Source: an uncultured bacterium (GTDB lineage: Bacteria; Verrucomicrobiota; Lentisphaeria; Victivallales; Victivallaceae). From it: a stretch of 64,000 nucleotides of DNA. The notes below the pieces were generated by a model. That model searched no databases, was not told where the DNA came from, and was given only the letters and a program-made list of their open reading frames with translations. Positions 1 to 8,811 of the stretch are shown here, piece after piece; position 1 is the stretch's first letter, and each line of letters starts with the position of its first letter. The translations under genes and the position numbers were made by a program. The stretch spans positions 903 through 64,902 of the forward strand of contig CASFRF010000050.1 in NCBI GenBank assembly GCA_949297015.1. The letters run 5' to 3'.

Positions 1-966
1 GGAGGTAAGCTCCGGCGGCTCTTCAACGCCGGAACGGGGTTCGACGACTCCGAACCAGCTGAAGAATGAGCAGCTCTCCTCGCGGTCCGCGGTCTGTTCG
101 CGGAAACGACGGGCTCCGGGCAGTTCCGGGGGCAGCAGCTCAGCCACTGCCCGGGGATGGACGGCAAAGTAGAGTTCGTCACAGGGCAGCTCGGCGCCGT
201 CGGAGAGCAGTACCCGGTGGCACCGCCGGTCCCGGAGCTCCAGCAACCGCGTTACCCGGACTCCGGTCCGCAGCTCGATTCCCAGTTCCCGCGCCCGTTC
301 CCGGAAACCCTCCAGAAAGGCGTCTCCGCCGTGCTCGACCCGGGCGAGATGATCGAAAAGTCCGTGACTGACCCGGCTGTGAAACGCCAGCGGCACTTCG
401 CAGGGGGCCGAACCATGACACAATGCGGCGCTGCCCAGCACGGTCCGGACCTCCGGCGAAAGCCGTAAGTGGTCGAGCCATTGGTCCAGCGTGATGAATT
501 CATTTTCATCGAAGGCCAGGGGATCGGACGGAGCGCTGCGCAGGTCGAACATCGGAGTGCGCTGGACGATCGCCTTTTCTCGCTCGAAATAGCGCCGGAT
601 GCCGTCGGCCTCGGCCGGGAATTCGGCTTCGAGTGCTGCGCCCACCGCGTCGATGCCGCCGGTGGGCAGCGCAATCCGGCGGCCGGTTTCAGCCAGCAGC
701 AACCGGCTGCGGAAGGGGGTTTCACGTACCGCCGCGGAGAGACCGAGCACCTCCAGCATCTGATTCAAGACGCCGCCGAAACCGCCGGTGAAGTGGAATC
801 CGGTATCGAAAGGAATGCCGTGGCGGTAAAACCGCTGGAGCAGACCGCCGGGATGGTCCTGGCATTCGATGACCGTGACCCGGCGACCGGTTTCAGCCAG
901 CAACAGCGCCAGCGACAGTCCGCCGGCGCCGCTGCCGAGTACCAGAGTGGAGGCCCCGCCGGTCAC
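1..966 (-). CDS. NAD(P)/FAD-dependent oxidoreductase, phytoene-desaturase (CrtI)/amine-oxidase-like; partial, C-terminus lies beyond position 1
   Basis: Absent from the ORF track because no stop codon falls inside the window. My translation of the minus strand from GTG 966..964 reads MTGGASTLVLGSGAGGLSLALLLAETGRRVTVIECQDHPGGLLQRFYRHGIPFDTGFHFTGG... This shows a GxGxxG Rossmann fold plus the acidic residue/HPGG block typical of CrtI-type flavoenzymes. The frame stays open down to nt 1. The GTG overlaps the fabG stop (ATGTGA). Confidence 0.7.
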   Translation of the reverse strand, partial: MTGGASTLVLGSGAGGLSLALLLAETGRRVTVIECQDHPGGLLQRFYRHGIPFDTGFHFTGGFGGVLNQMLEVLGLSAAVRETPFRSRLLLAETGRRIALPTGGIDAVGAALEAEFPAEADGIRRYFEREKAIVQRTPMFDLRSAPSDPLAFDENEFITLDQWLDHLRLSPEVRTVLGSAALCHGSAPCEVPLAFHSRVSHGLFDHLARVEHGGDAFLEGFRERARELGIELRTGVRVTRLLELRDRRCHRVLLSDGAELPCDELYFAVHPRAVAELLPPELPGARRFREQTADREESCSFFSWFGVVEPRSGVEEPPELTS

Positions 967-1694
967 ATCACCAGCCCGCCGTTGACCGCCAGCACCTGGC
1001 CGGTGAGGTAGGTTGCATCCGGACCGCACAGGAAGGAGACCGCCCCGGCCACCTCTTCAACCGTTCCGGCCCGGCGCAGGGGAATCAGCGGCAGTACCCG
1101 GTCGAGCGGAATTTCCCGGGTCAGATCGGTGTCGATGAAGCCCGGCGCCACTGCATTGACCGTGATCCCTTTGCGTCCGACTTCGCGGGCCAGCGCCTTG
1201 ACGGCGCCGATCAGGCCGGCCTTGGCCGCCGAGTAGTTGACCTGGCCCGGTTGCCCGGTCTGACCGGAGGCGGAGGCGATTGCGACGATACGGCCGTGTC
1301 GCTGCGCCAGCATCCCGAACAGCAGCGGCTGGACGACATGATAGAAGCCATCCAGATTGGTGGCGAGCACCTCGCGCCACTCCTCCGGACTCAGAAAGGC
1401 GAGCAGATTGTCCCGCACGATTCCGGCATTGTAGACGATCACCTCCGGTGCGGTGTCGGCGAAATGCTCCGACAACAGTCGCGAACACGCCTCTCGGTCG
1501 CACACGTCGAAGGCGAGAAAGGTGCCGTTCCGTCCGCAATTCCGCACCGATGCCGCCAGCTCGGCCACAGCCGGAGTTTCGCGGCGCCCGGTAAACACCA
1601 GATCGAAACCGTCGCGCGCCAAGCGTTCGACAATGGCACGCCCGATGCCGCGGGTTCCCCCCACGACCAGGGCGACTCTGGAATTTCCGGTCAT
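963..1694 (-). CDS. fabG: 3-oxoacyl-[ACP] reductase, short-chain dehydrogenase/reductase (FabG-like; ketoreductase of the lipid cluster)
   Basis: SDR hallmarks: VALVVGGTRGIGRAI cofactor site, YNAGIV, catalytic Ser...YSAAK, PGFIDTD. Track ORF is 963..1745. Start trimmed to ATG 1694 (MTGNSRV) because a GGAAGG RBS precedes it and a predicted -10 box lies inside the longer ORF. Confidence 0.85.
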   Translation of the reverse strand: MTGNSRVALVVGGTRGIGRAIVERLARDGFDLVFTGRRETPAVAELAASVRNCGRNGTFLAFDVCDREACSRLLSEHFADTAPEVIVYNAGIVRDNLLAFLSPEEWREVLATNLDGFYHVVQPLLFGMLAQRHGRIVAIASASGQTGQPGQVNYSAAKAGLIGAVKALAREVGRKGITVNAVAPGFIDTDLTREIPLDRVLPLIPLRRAGTVEEVAGAVSFLCGPDATYLTGQVLAVNGGLVM

Positions 1695-1745
1695 CTTTTG
1701 CGCCTTCCGCCTGTTTACCCTGAGGATTCTGTGAAAGTGTGGCAT

Positions 1746-1774
1746 AAAATACCCGGCCTTGTTTGAAAATGCAA
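1746..1774 (-). promoter_or_regulatory. predicted sigma70-type promoter for fabG/oxidoreductase operon
   Basis: Minus strand reads TTGCAT (1774..1769), 17-nt spacer, TATTTT (1751..1746). About 50 nt leader with RBS before ATG 1694. Motif reading only. Confidence 0.4.
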
Positions 1775-1827
1775 ATCCTTTCCGGGCACGTCCGGCGGGA
1801 CAAGACCGGTTTTTTCGGGGGGGATGA

Positions 1828-1855
1828 TTGTTTTTGCCGCGAATGGGGGTACATT
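1828..1855 (+). promoter_or_regulatory. predicted sigma70-type promoter for the long plus-strand lipid operon
   Basis: TTGTTT (1828..1833), 16-nt spacer, TACATT (1850..1855). The same TACATT -10 hexamer recurs upstream of two other operons (19543, 28540). GAGG RBS at 1883..1886. Confidence 0.35.
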
Positions 1856-1885
1856 ACGGGGAGTCCCGGGGGGTGAGAATGCGAG

Positions 1886-3334
1886 GTGTTCATGTTTGAT
1901 CCGAGTCGATTTGATTATACCGGAGAGGAGATTGCGGCGGCGGCCGCCGCGGATCGGCTGTTGTCGTTGGAGCTGGAATTCAGTCGCCGCTGCAACTATC
2001 GCTGTCCTTATTGCTACACCGGAACCGCGGAGCCCGCGCCGGATGAACTCTCCGCCGCGGAACTCGATGACGTGATCGGCCAGGCGGCGGAACTCGGCGC
2101 GCGCAAGATCGTGATTCTGGGCGGCGAGCCGTTGCTGGTGCCCGGACTCTTCGACCATTTGGAGCGGATCCGGGAGCTGGGGCTCGGAGCCGAAATTTTC
2201 ACCAACGGTTCGCTGATTACCGCCGAAACGGCCGCCCGGCTCTACGCTGCCGACGCCCGGGTGGTGGTCAAGCTCAATTCGTTGCAGCCCGAGGTTCAGG
2301 ATCGGTTGACCGGACGTCCCGGGTCGCTGGCGCGGGTGATGCGGTCGATCGAATGGTTGCAGCGCGCGGGATTTGATTCGCCAGAGCGGCTGGGGGCCAG
2401 TACGGTAATTTCGAACGACAACATCGGGGAGCTGGCCGGACTCTGGCGTTATCTGGTCGAACGTCGGATCGATCCCTATTTCGAGATGCTGACGCCGCAG
2501 GGCCGGTTGCTCGACCACCCCGAGCTGGGGGTGGCTCCGGCCCGGGTCCGGGAACTGTTCGAGGAGTTGTCCCGTTACGATGCCGGGCGCGGCCGTCACT
2601 GGGAGCCGCAGCCGCCGCTGGTTGGAGCCAGCTGTTTCCGCCATCTGTACAGTTGCGTGGTCACGGCGACCGGCCGGGTCATGCCCTGTGTCGGCGTGAC
2701 GGTGGAGCTCGGAAATGTCCGAGAGACTCCGCTCGGGGAGATTCTGCGCGAGAGCAGCGTGCTGCGCGATCTCAAGGACTACCGGAACCGGATCAAGGAG
2801 CCCTGTGCCGGGTGCGAAAAACGGGAGCACTGCTACGGTTGTCGCGGAGCGGCCTATCAGTTGACCGGCGACTATCTGGCGGCCGATCCTCTGTGCTGGC
2901 GCAATGAGGCGAAGCGTGAGCAGATCGCGGTGCTGCCGGTGCCGCTGGCTCCGTTGCTGCCGCACCGGGCTCCGGCGGCTTTTCCCGGCTCGCTGGTCGC
3001 CGTCGGCGCCCGGAGTGTGGCCGAGGTGACAATTCCTCCCGACTCGCCGTACGGCGAAACCACCGGCGAGCTGGTGCCGGCGGCGCTGGTCGAACTGGCG
3101 GCGCAGGTGGCCGCGGCGGCTGATGCCTTCCGGCACCGGGGAAAATCGCGGCCGGGACTGCTGGTCGAAGCCCGCGAAGTGCAGTTTTACGCCACCGTCC
3201 GGGTGGGCGAGAGGTTGCGGATCGAGGTGATGGAGACGGCGAATTTTGACTGCTGGTATCTGGTCCGGTTCCGGATCGAACGCGAAGGAGCGGCGGTTGC
3301 CGGAGGAGGCTTGAAGTTATGCGTGGCGGAGTAA
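1886..3334 (+). CDS. radical SAM / SPASM-domain enzyme fused to a C-terminal FabZ-like (His-less, ApeI-type) hotdog domain
   Basis: CNYRCPYC (CxxxCxxC, nt 1991..2014); GGEPLL block; Cys-rich SPASM-type tail (CFRHLYSC..MPC, CAGCEKREHCYGCRGAAY, DPLCW). The last ~126 aa (nt 2954..3331) begin LLPHRAP..LV and continue ELVPAALVELAAQ...VQFYATVRVGERLRIEV. That is the FabZ/FabA hotdog pattern without the GHFP histidine. GTG 1886 is the longest start; ATG 1892 lies 5 nt after a GAGG RBS and may be the true one. Confidence 0.8.
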   Translation: MFMFDPSRFDYTGEEIAAAAAADRLLSLELEFSRRCNYRCPYCYTGTAEPAPDELSAAELDDVIGQAAELGARKIVILGGEPLLVPGLFDHLERIRELGLGAEIFTNGSLITAETAARLYAADARVVVKLNSLQPEVQDRLTGRPGSLARVMRSIEWLQRAGFDSPERLGASTVISNDNIGELAGLWRYLVERRIDPYFEMLTPQGRLLDHPELGVAPARVRELFEELSRYDAGRGRHWEPQPPLVGASCFRHLYSCVVTATGRVMPCVGVTVELGNVRETPLGEILRESSVLRDLKDYRNRIKEPCAGCEKREHCYGCRGAAYQLTGDYLAADPLCWRNEAKREQIAVLPVPLAPLLPHRAPAAFPGSLVAVGARSVAEVTIPPDSPYGETTGELVPAALVELAAQVAAAADAFRHRGKSRPGLLVEAREVQFYATVRVGERLRIEVMETANFDCWYLVRFRIEREGAAVAGGGLKLCVAE

Positions 3335-3936
3335 TCGGTGTCGGTGTGCTGTTGCTGCTGCTCGGTCTGGCCGCGGCGGGAAGCGAGTTCAGCGCGGCCA
3401 TTCAGGAGCGGTTTTCCGGATTGCGCACGTTGCGGGCGGAGTTTGTTCAGCGCAAGCAACTGAAGCTGCTGAATCACGAGCTGAAGATCTCCGGAGAGTT
3501 CTGTCTGGAAAAGGGCGGCCGGCTGGCCTGGCGGGTGGCGGAGCCGATGCGTTACAATTGCATTCTGGAGGAGGATAAGCTCACGCAGTGGGACGAGGAT
3601 ACCGGCCGGGTATTGGAACTGCCGGCTGGAAAACTTCCCTGGTTGAGCATGCTGTTCCGGAGTCTCGACAGCTGGTTGACCGCCGATTTGAAGGTGCTGT
3701 CCCGCGATTTTGAGGTGCGCGAGGAGCCGGCGGCGCGGCGCTTGCTGCTGACTCCCCGGTCGGGGACTCTGGCGGAACTGGTCCGGGAGCTGGAATTCAA
3801 CTTCGATCCGGAATTGACCCGGCTGGAGCGGGTCCGGATCGTTGAAGTTAATGGCGACGTGCTGCTGATTGAATTCCGGGATCTCCGGTGGAATCAGCCC
3901 ATCCCGGAGGAGAAATGGCGGCCCGACGCGCGTTAG
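3319..3936 (+). CDS. LolA-like outer-membrane lipoprotein-carrier family protein
   Basis: Signal peptide (GVGVLLLLLGLAAAGSE). LolA-like N-terminal pattern (ERFSGLRTLRAEFVQRKQLKLL...ISGEF). GGAGGAGG RBS 9 nt upstream; start overlaps the end of the preceding gene. Sits directly before an MMPL exporter, as in aryl-polyene-type clusters. Call rests on motif plus context. Confidence 0.6.
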   Translation: MRGGVIGVGVLLLLLGLAAAGSEFSAAIQERFSGLRTLRAEFVQRKQLKLLNHELKISGEFCLEKGGRLAWRVAEPMRYNCILEEDKLTQWDEDTGRVLELPAGKLPWLSMLFRSLDSWLTADLKVLSRDFEVREEPAARRLLLTPRSGTLAELVRELEFNFDPELTRLERVRIVEVNGDVLLIEFRDLRWNQPIPEEKWRPDAR

Positions 3937-6900
3937 AGCAGCGGATCACCCGGTTGCTGGTCCGGAGTGTCCGGCATCGCCGGGCGTTGTGGGTGACCCT
4001 GATGGTGCTGCTGGCGCTGGCACTGGCGGCGATCGGCTTGTGCGGGCGCTTCGGCAACGATGTCTCGCAGTTGTTCCCGGAGGGATCAGAGTCGGGGACT
4101 GCCTTCCGGTGGATGCGTCGCAGCGGACTGGCGAACAAGGTGATCCTCGAATTCACCCCTCCGGCGGAACAGTCCCTGCCGGAGCTGGAACCGTATCTGA
4201 CGGAACTCGCGGAACATCTGGCCCGCTCCCCACTGATTGAGTCGGTCGATTTCCGGTTCCGTGCCGATCAGCTGTTGGAGACGGCACAAAAACTGGTCGC
4301 AGCCGTGCCGCTGATCACCTCTCCGGAGATGTTGTCGGCGGCGGTTCCGGCGGAGACCGTGGACCGGATCTATCGGCAGCTGCTGAAACCGGGACTGGGC
4401 AGCGGCGAATTTCTGCGGCTGGATCCCTTCGGTCTGACCCCTCCGATCCTGGCGCAGCTGACCAAACTGCAGGAGCTCTCCGGACTCGCCTTTTCGCCGG
4501 AACTGCCGTTCCCGGCCACGGTGGACGGTCGTCGGGCGGCGTTGCTGCTCGACGTCCGTCCGGCCTGTTCGGAAATTTCCGGCAGCCGGGAGCTGCTGAC
4601 CTTTCTGCGGCAGGAGCTCGCCACGGTGCCGCCGGGGGTGACGACCCGGATTCTCGCTCCGCATGTCCGGACCGTGGGCAACGAGGAGGTGATCAAGCGT
4701 GATCTGGGCGTTGCCGGAGCACTTTCGCTGCTGCTGCTCCCCGCGTTGTTCCTCTATTGCTACCGCGCGAGTTGGCCTTCGCTGTGGATCCCGCTGCTGC
4801 CGGTGCTGGCCGGGATCTTGGCGCTGGGGGGACTTTCGCTGGTGCTCGACGAGATCTACTTTTTCGTGATCGGCATGGGCGGGGCGGTGGTGGGGCTGGC
4901 CGTTGACTACGGAATTCACATCTATGCCGCGCGGCGGGGACGCAGCGGACTGCGTCGGGTGGGCCGGATCGCGTTGCCGGTCGCGGCGGGCGCCACGACC
5001 AGCTGCGGGGTGTTTCTGCTGCTGACCGGGACCGGCATTGCCGCGTACCGCCAGCTCGGAATCTACGCCGCTATGGCTCTGGCGCTGAGTTTGCTGCTGT
5101 TTCTGATGTTGCTCCCGGGATTGCTCGGGAGCCGCGGCGGGCGCTGCCGTGAACTGCGGGGCGTAACCTGGTCGCCCCGGCAGCGGCGGGTGGTGCTGCT
5201 GATCTGGGGCGGCTTGCTGCTGCTGGCGCTGCCGGCGGCGATGAAAATCCATTTTTCGACCGGCATGGAACAGTTCGACGGCGCCCCGGCGGAGGTCCGG
5301 CGGGACGAGGCGGAGTTCAACGCCGCCTGGCGGCGGGCACCGGCGCCGGCAGTGGTCATAGAACTGGCCGATTCGCTGCCGGAACTGGAGACCCGGCTGG
5401 AACAACGTTACCGGCAGTTGCTGCCGCTGGCGGGAGAGTCGGAGATCTTCGGCCCTTCGGCGCTGTGGCCGGCTCCGGAAGTCCGGGCCCGGAATCTCGC
5501 CGCCTGGCGGGCGTGGCTGGACTCCGGGCACGGCGGGGCGTTGTTCCGGGAATTGCGCCGGGCGGCGGTGGCTCGGGGCTTTGATCCGACGTTTTTTGCG
5601 CCTTTTGAACAGACTTTGAAAGCGGGTATTGCGGCAGGAGAGCAGCAAGTGTTGCCCGAGCCGATCGATTCGTGTCTCAAGCGGACCCGACGGCGGACGC
5701 CGGAGGGGGGCTGGGCTGGAGTGCTGCTGGTGCGCGACACGCCGGAGACGGTGCGGCAGGTCCGTGCGGCGCTGGCGGCGGAGCCGGGGGCGGCGGTTTT
5801 GTCGCCGGTGGCTTTTGAGCAGATGCTGGGCACGGAGTTCGGACAGCGGTTCCGGTATCTGCTGCCGTCGGCCTTGGTGCTGATCGCGGTCTGTGCGATA
5901 TTTTTTCTGGGATCGTGGCGCCGGGCGCTGGCGGCGCTGTCGGTGCCGGCGACCGCGCTGCTGCTGGTGCTGGGAGGCTACGCGTGGTGGGGGGTGGAGC
6001 TGAATATGGTCTCCGCCTTTGCCGGGTTGGTGCTGGCCGGACTGGCCATCGATTACGGTATTTTTGCGGTTCATGCGTGTGCAGAGGGACGACACTCCGG
6101 GTTGTGGACTGCCCTGCTGCTTTCGGCGGCAACGACGTTTGTCACCGGGGCGGCGGTGCTGTTTTCCAGACATCCGGTGCTGTTCTACACCGGACTGACG
6201 CTGTCGCTGGGAATCCTGATCGCCTGGTTGACCGCGGTGCTGGCGGTCCCGGCGCTGCCCCGCCGCTGGCTGGCCGGGTGCGCCGGGGTGCTGCTGCTGA
6301 CGGTGGTCGGAGGCTGCCGGACTCCGGCCTTTACACGCGGAACGTTGCCGGAGTTGGAGCCGGAGCAGGCGCTCCGGGAGTACCGGCAGTGGCGCGAGCG
6401 CGGATTGGAAGCGGCGACTTGGGAGGCGGGTCTGGTCTTCGAGTACGGATTCTGGCAGTTCCCGCTGCTGACGGTGGGCCAAGTGGAACCGGCTGCCGAG
6501 GCATTGCGGCTGGTCGGTCTGAGTCCGGCGGGGGGGACGGTGTTTGAATTGGCGGGCCGGGGGGAGAAGCTGGAATCGGTGGCGACGCTGCCGTTTCTGA
6601 AGTTGGAGGACCCGGAGGCTGCCGGACGGGTGCTGTACCGCGATTTCGCCAATCTCTATTTCGGCAATGCTCCGGCGGTGGAACCGGAGGTCCGGGGACA
6701 GTTTCTGTACAGTACGGTGGAACTTTCCGACGGTGACCGTCTGCGGTACACCTTCGGCGGTCGTCCTCTGCGGCTGCTGCAAAAGAGCCGGAGCGGCTTC
6801 TGGCACGAGCGCTGGCGGGCGGAGTATTATGAGTATCAGTGGCGTCACGGGCGCTGGTTCCCCGGAGAAATTGACTACGAAAACGTGGCCGGAGGGTATC

Positions 6901-6944
6901 GGCTGATTGTCCGCCCCCGGCGATTGACGGAGGAGGAGAAATGA
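3915..6944 (+). CDS. MMPL/RND-type lipid exporter fused to a C-terminal DUF3261-like soluble domain
   Basis: Two helix bundles each carry the MMPL-type motif (GLAVDYGIHIYAARRG; GLAIDYGIFAVHACAEG), separated by a large soluble loop. After the last helix, a lipobox-like LLTVVGGC (Cys codon 6315..6317) is followed by a 208-aa Trp/Tyr-rich soluble domain. Start set to ATG 3915 (GGAGGA RBS just upstream); the track start GTG 3888 lies deeper inside the LolA-like gene. Confidence 0.7.
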   Translation: MAARRALEQRITRLLVRSVRHRRALWVTLMVLLALALAAIGLCGRFGNDVSQLFPEGSESGTAFRWMRRSGLANKVILEFTPPAEQSLPELEPYLTELAEHLARSPLIESVDFRFRADQLLETAQKLVAAVPLITSPEMLSAAVPAETVDRIYRQLLKPGLGSGEFLRLDPFGLTPPILAQLTKLQELSGLAFSPELPFPATVDGRRAALLLDVRPACSEISGSRELLTFLRQELATVPPGVTTRILAPHVRTVGNEEVIKRDLGVAGALSLLLLPALFLYCYRASWPSLWIPLLPVLAGILALGGLSLVLDEIYFFVIGMGGAVVGLAVDYGIHIYAARRGRSGLRRVGRIALPVAAGATTSCGVFLLLTGTGIAAYRQLGIYAAMALALSLLLFLMLLPGLLGSRGGRCRELRGVTWSPRQRRVVLLIWGGLLLLALPAAMKIHFSTGMEQFDGAPAEVRRDEAEFNAAWRRAPAPAVVIELADSLPELETRLEQRYRQLLPLAGESEIFGPSALWPAPEVRARNLAAWRAWLDSGHGGALFRELRRAAVARGFDPTFFAPFEQTLKAGIAAGEQQVLPEPIDSCLKRTRRRTPEGGWAGVLLVRDTPETVRQVRAALAAEPGAAVLSPVAFEQMLGTEFGQRFRYLLPSALVLIAVCAIFFLGSWRRALAALSVPATALLLVLGGYAWWGVELNMVSAFAGLVLAGLAIDYGIFAVHACAEGRHSGLWTALLLSAATTFVTGAAVLFSRHPVLFYTGLTLSLGILIAWLTAVLAVPALPRRWLAGCAGVLLLTVVGGCRTPAFTRGTLPELEPEQALREYRQWRERGLEAATWEAGLVFEYGFWQFPLLTVGQVEPAAEALRLVGLSPAGGTVFELAGRGEKLESVATLPFLKLEDPEAAGRVLYRDFANLYFGNAPAVEPEVRGQFLYSTVELSDGDRLRYTFGGRPLRLLQKSRSGFWHERWRAEYYEYQWRHGRWFPGEIDYENVAGGYRLIVRPRRLTEEEK

Positions 6945-7291
6945 GCATTCCCGATGCGCTGCGTGCGGCGTTGAAAATGACGGCTCCGGACCGGGGGTCG
7001 TTGTGTTTTGACGCCTCGTTTCCGGGGTTCGCCGGACATTTTCCGGAGCAGCCGGTGGTGCCCGCCGCGGTGTTGTGGCAGGCGGCGCAGCTGCTGGCGG
7101 AAAAGAGCGTCGGAGCCCGGCTCCGGCCGGTGCGGCTGATCCGGGCCCGGTTTTTCCGGGCGCTGGTTCCCGGCGATACTGCGGAACTGCGGGTGAGTTC
7201 CGGTCCGGAGTGTCGATGGCAATGCCGGATCGAGCGCGACGGCGTTCGGGCGGCGGAACTGGAGTGGGAGGTGGCGGATGCGAAGGCTTAA
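6941..7291 (+). CDS. FabZ/FabA-like 3-hydroxyacyl-ACP dehydratase (single hotdog, catalytic His present)
   Basis: FPGFAGHFPEQPVVPAAVLWQAAQLL matches the FabZ active-site block (GHFP..P..P). 116 aa. ATGA overlap with the exporter gene. Confidence 0.7.
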   Translation: MSIPDALRAALKMTAPDRGSLCFDASFPGFAGHFPEQPVVPAAVLWQAAQLLAEKSVGARLRPVRLIRARFFRALVPGDTAELRVSSGPECRWQCRIERDGVRAAELEWEVADAKA

Positions 7292-7751
7292 GCTCTATTT
7301 CCCGCGGGAGGAGGGGGTGCCGCCGCCGGTGATCGCGACGGTCCGGCACCGGTTGCGGTTCAGCGAGGTCGATGCGTTGGGCATCGCCTGGCACGGCCGG
7401 TATCCGGCCTTTTTCGAGAAGGCGCACACCGAACTCGGGCACAAGTGCGGACTCACCGCCGCGGCCTACCGGGCGGCCGGACTTGGGGCGCCGGTGGTGC
7501 AGTTTCACACCGACTACTATCAGGAGTTGCGGCTCGATGAGATTTTTGAAGTGCAGGCGGCGTTGATCTGGACCGAGGCGGCGCGGCTCAACGTCGAATA
7601 CCGGTTGACCGGCGCGGCGGGCGAGGTGGCCGCGACCGGCTATACGGTGCAGCTGTTCTATCGGCTCGACACCCGGGAGCCGCTGTGGTTTTCGCCGCCG
7701 TTGTGGGAGGAGTGCCGGGCCCGCTGGCGCCGGGGGGAGTTCCATGGCTGA
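7278..7751 (+). CDS. acyl-CoA/acyl-ACP thioesterase, 4HBT (YbgC-like) hotdog family
   Basis: RHRLRFSEVDALGIAWHGRYPAFFEKAHTEL fits the 4HBT/YbgC N-terminal catalytic block. 157 aa. 14-nt overlap with the dehydratase gene. Confidence 0.7.
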   Translation: MRRLKLYFPREEGVPPPVIATVRHRLRFSEVDALGIAWHGRYPAFFEKAHTELGHKCGLTAAAYRAAGLGAPVVQFHTDYYQELRLDEIFEVQAALIWTEAARLNVEYRLTGAAGEVAATGYTVQLFYRLDTREPLWFSPPLWEECRARWRRGEFHG

Positions 7752-8811
7752 AGCGGCGATTCCGATTCTCGGCTGCGATCTGATTACGCCGCTCGGGCAT
7801 GGCTTGGAGGCCAATTGGGAAGGTCTGCTGCGTGGTATTCGGCCCTTTGCTCCATTCGCCCGCTGTGAGCTCCCGACCGGACCGGAACCGCGGGCGGTTC
7901 GGCTGCTGACGGAGCTGGAACTGGAAGCGGATGAACCACCGGTGTTGTATGTGGGGACCACCGTCGGCGCGATTGAGCTGGTGGAGTCGGCGGTCCGGGC
8001 CGGGACTCCGCCGCCCGACCCGCTGGATGTGTTGTTGACGTGTGCCCGCCGCCACTTCGGGGCGACCCGGGCCGAGCTGGTTTCGGCGGCCTGTTCCTCC
8101 GGTCAGGCGGCGCTGGCGGCGGCAGTCCGGGCGATCCGGAGCGGCGAAGCGACCCGGGCGCTGGCGGTCGGCTGCGACGCGGTAAGCGAATTTGCGGTCT
8201 CCGGATTCACCACGCTGGGCGCGGTCTCCGCGACCGGGTGCCGTCCCTACGCGGTGGACCGGGATGGACTGACGCCGGGGGAAGCGGCGGCGGCGCTGCT
8301 GCTCGGATCGCCGGAATCGGTGTCGGAACGGGGGCTTCCGGTTGCCGGGTGGGTGCTCGGATGCGGCGCCAGTTGCGACGCGGAACATGCCACGGCTCCC
8401 CGGGCTGACGGCGAACCGCTGGTTCGGGCCATCCGGCAGGCGCTGGGCGAGGCCGGAATCGGACCTGCCGCGGTCTCCGCGGTGCTCGGACACGGTACGG
8501 GCACGGTCCATAACGACGCGGCGGAACTGGCGGCGCTGGAGAAATTGTTTCCGCCGGAGCTGCCGCTGTTGTCGATCAAAGGTCAGTGTGGTCATCCGCT
8601 GGGAGCTTCGGGACTGGTGCAGACGGCACTGGCACTGGCCGTGCTGCAACACCGGAAGCTGCCGCCGCAGGCCGGGTGCAGACACCCCGAGACGACGGCG
8701 CAAAAGCGGGTGGGAGCGACGGTGCGGGAGCTGGGGCCCGGGGTTGTGCTTTCACTGAATCTGGGCTTCGGGGGGCTGAACAGCGCGGTGGTGATTGGAG
8801 GCGCGACATGA
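7744..8811 (+). CDS. beta-ketoacyl-ACP synthase (short KS with Cys-His-His triad)
   Basis: Active-site Cys in SAACSSGQAALAAA; His blocks CDAEHATAPR and GHGTGTVHNDAAE; C-terminal SIKGQCGHPLGASG and LNLGFGGLNSAVVIG. 8-nt overlap with the thioesterase gene. Confidence 0.8.
   Translation: MAEAAIPILGCDLITPLGHGLEANWEGLLRGIRPFAPFARCELPTGPEPRAVRLLTELELEADEPPVLYVGTTVGAIELVESAVRAGTPPPDPLDVLLTCARRHFGATRAELVSAACSSGQAALAAAVRAIRSGEATRALAVGCDAVSEFAVSGFTTLGAVSATGCRPYAVDRDGLTPGEAAAALLLGSPESVSERGLPVAGWVLGCGASCDAEHATAPRADGEPLVRAIRQALGEAGIGPAAVSAVLGHGTGTVHNDAAELAALEKLFPPELPLLSIKGQCGHPLGASGLVQTALALAVLQHRKLPPQAGCRHPETTAQKRVGATVRELGPGVVLSLNLGFGGLNSAVVIGGAT

Noticed and set aside
4086-7961. 1291-aa minus-strand ORF antisense to the MMPL exporter, dehydratase and thioesterase genes. 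Similar long shadow ORFs occur at 1715..3136(-), 15921..17630(-), 19542..21260(-), 21287..23572(-), 23832..25820(-), 26341..28425(+), 31327..32874(+), 33643..36081(+), 45093..46781(+), 48374..49972(+) and 54018..55835(-).
   Set aside because: Their translations are Arg/Pro/Gly/Gln-rich low-complexity strings with no recognisable motifs. Each lies opposite a gene with clear family signatures. Long antisense ORFs are expected in high-GC DNA because stop codons are rare.
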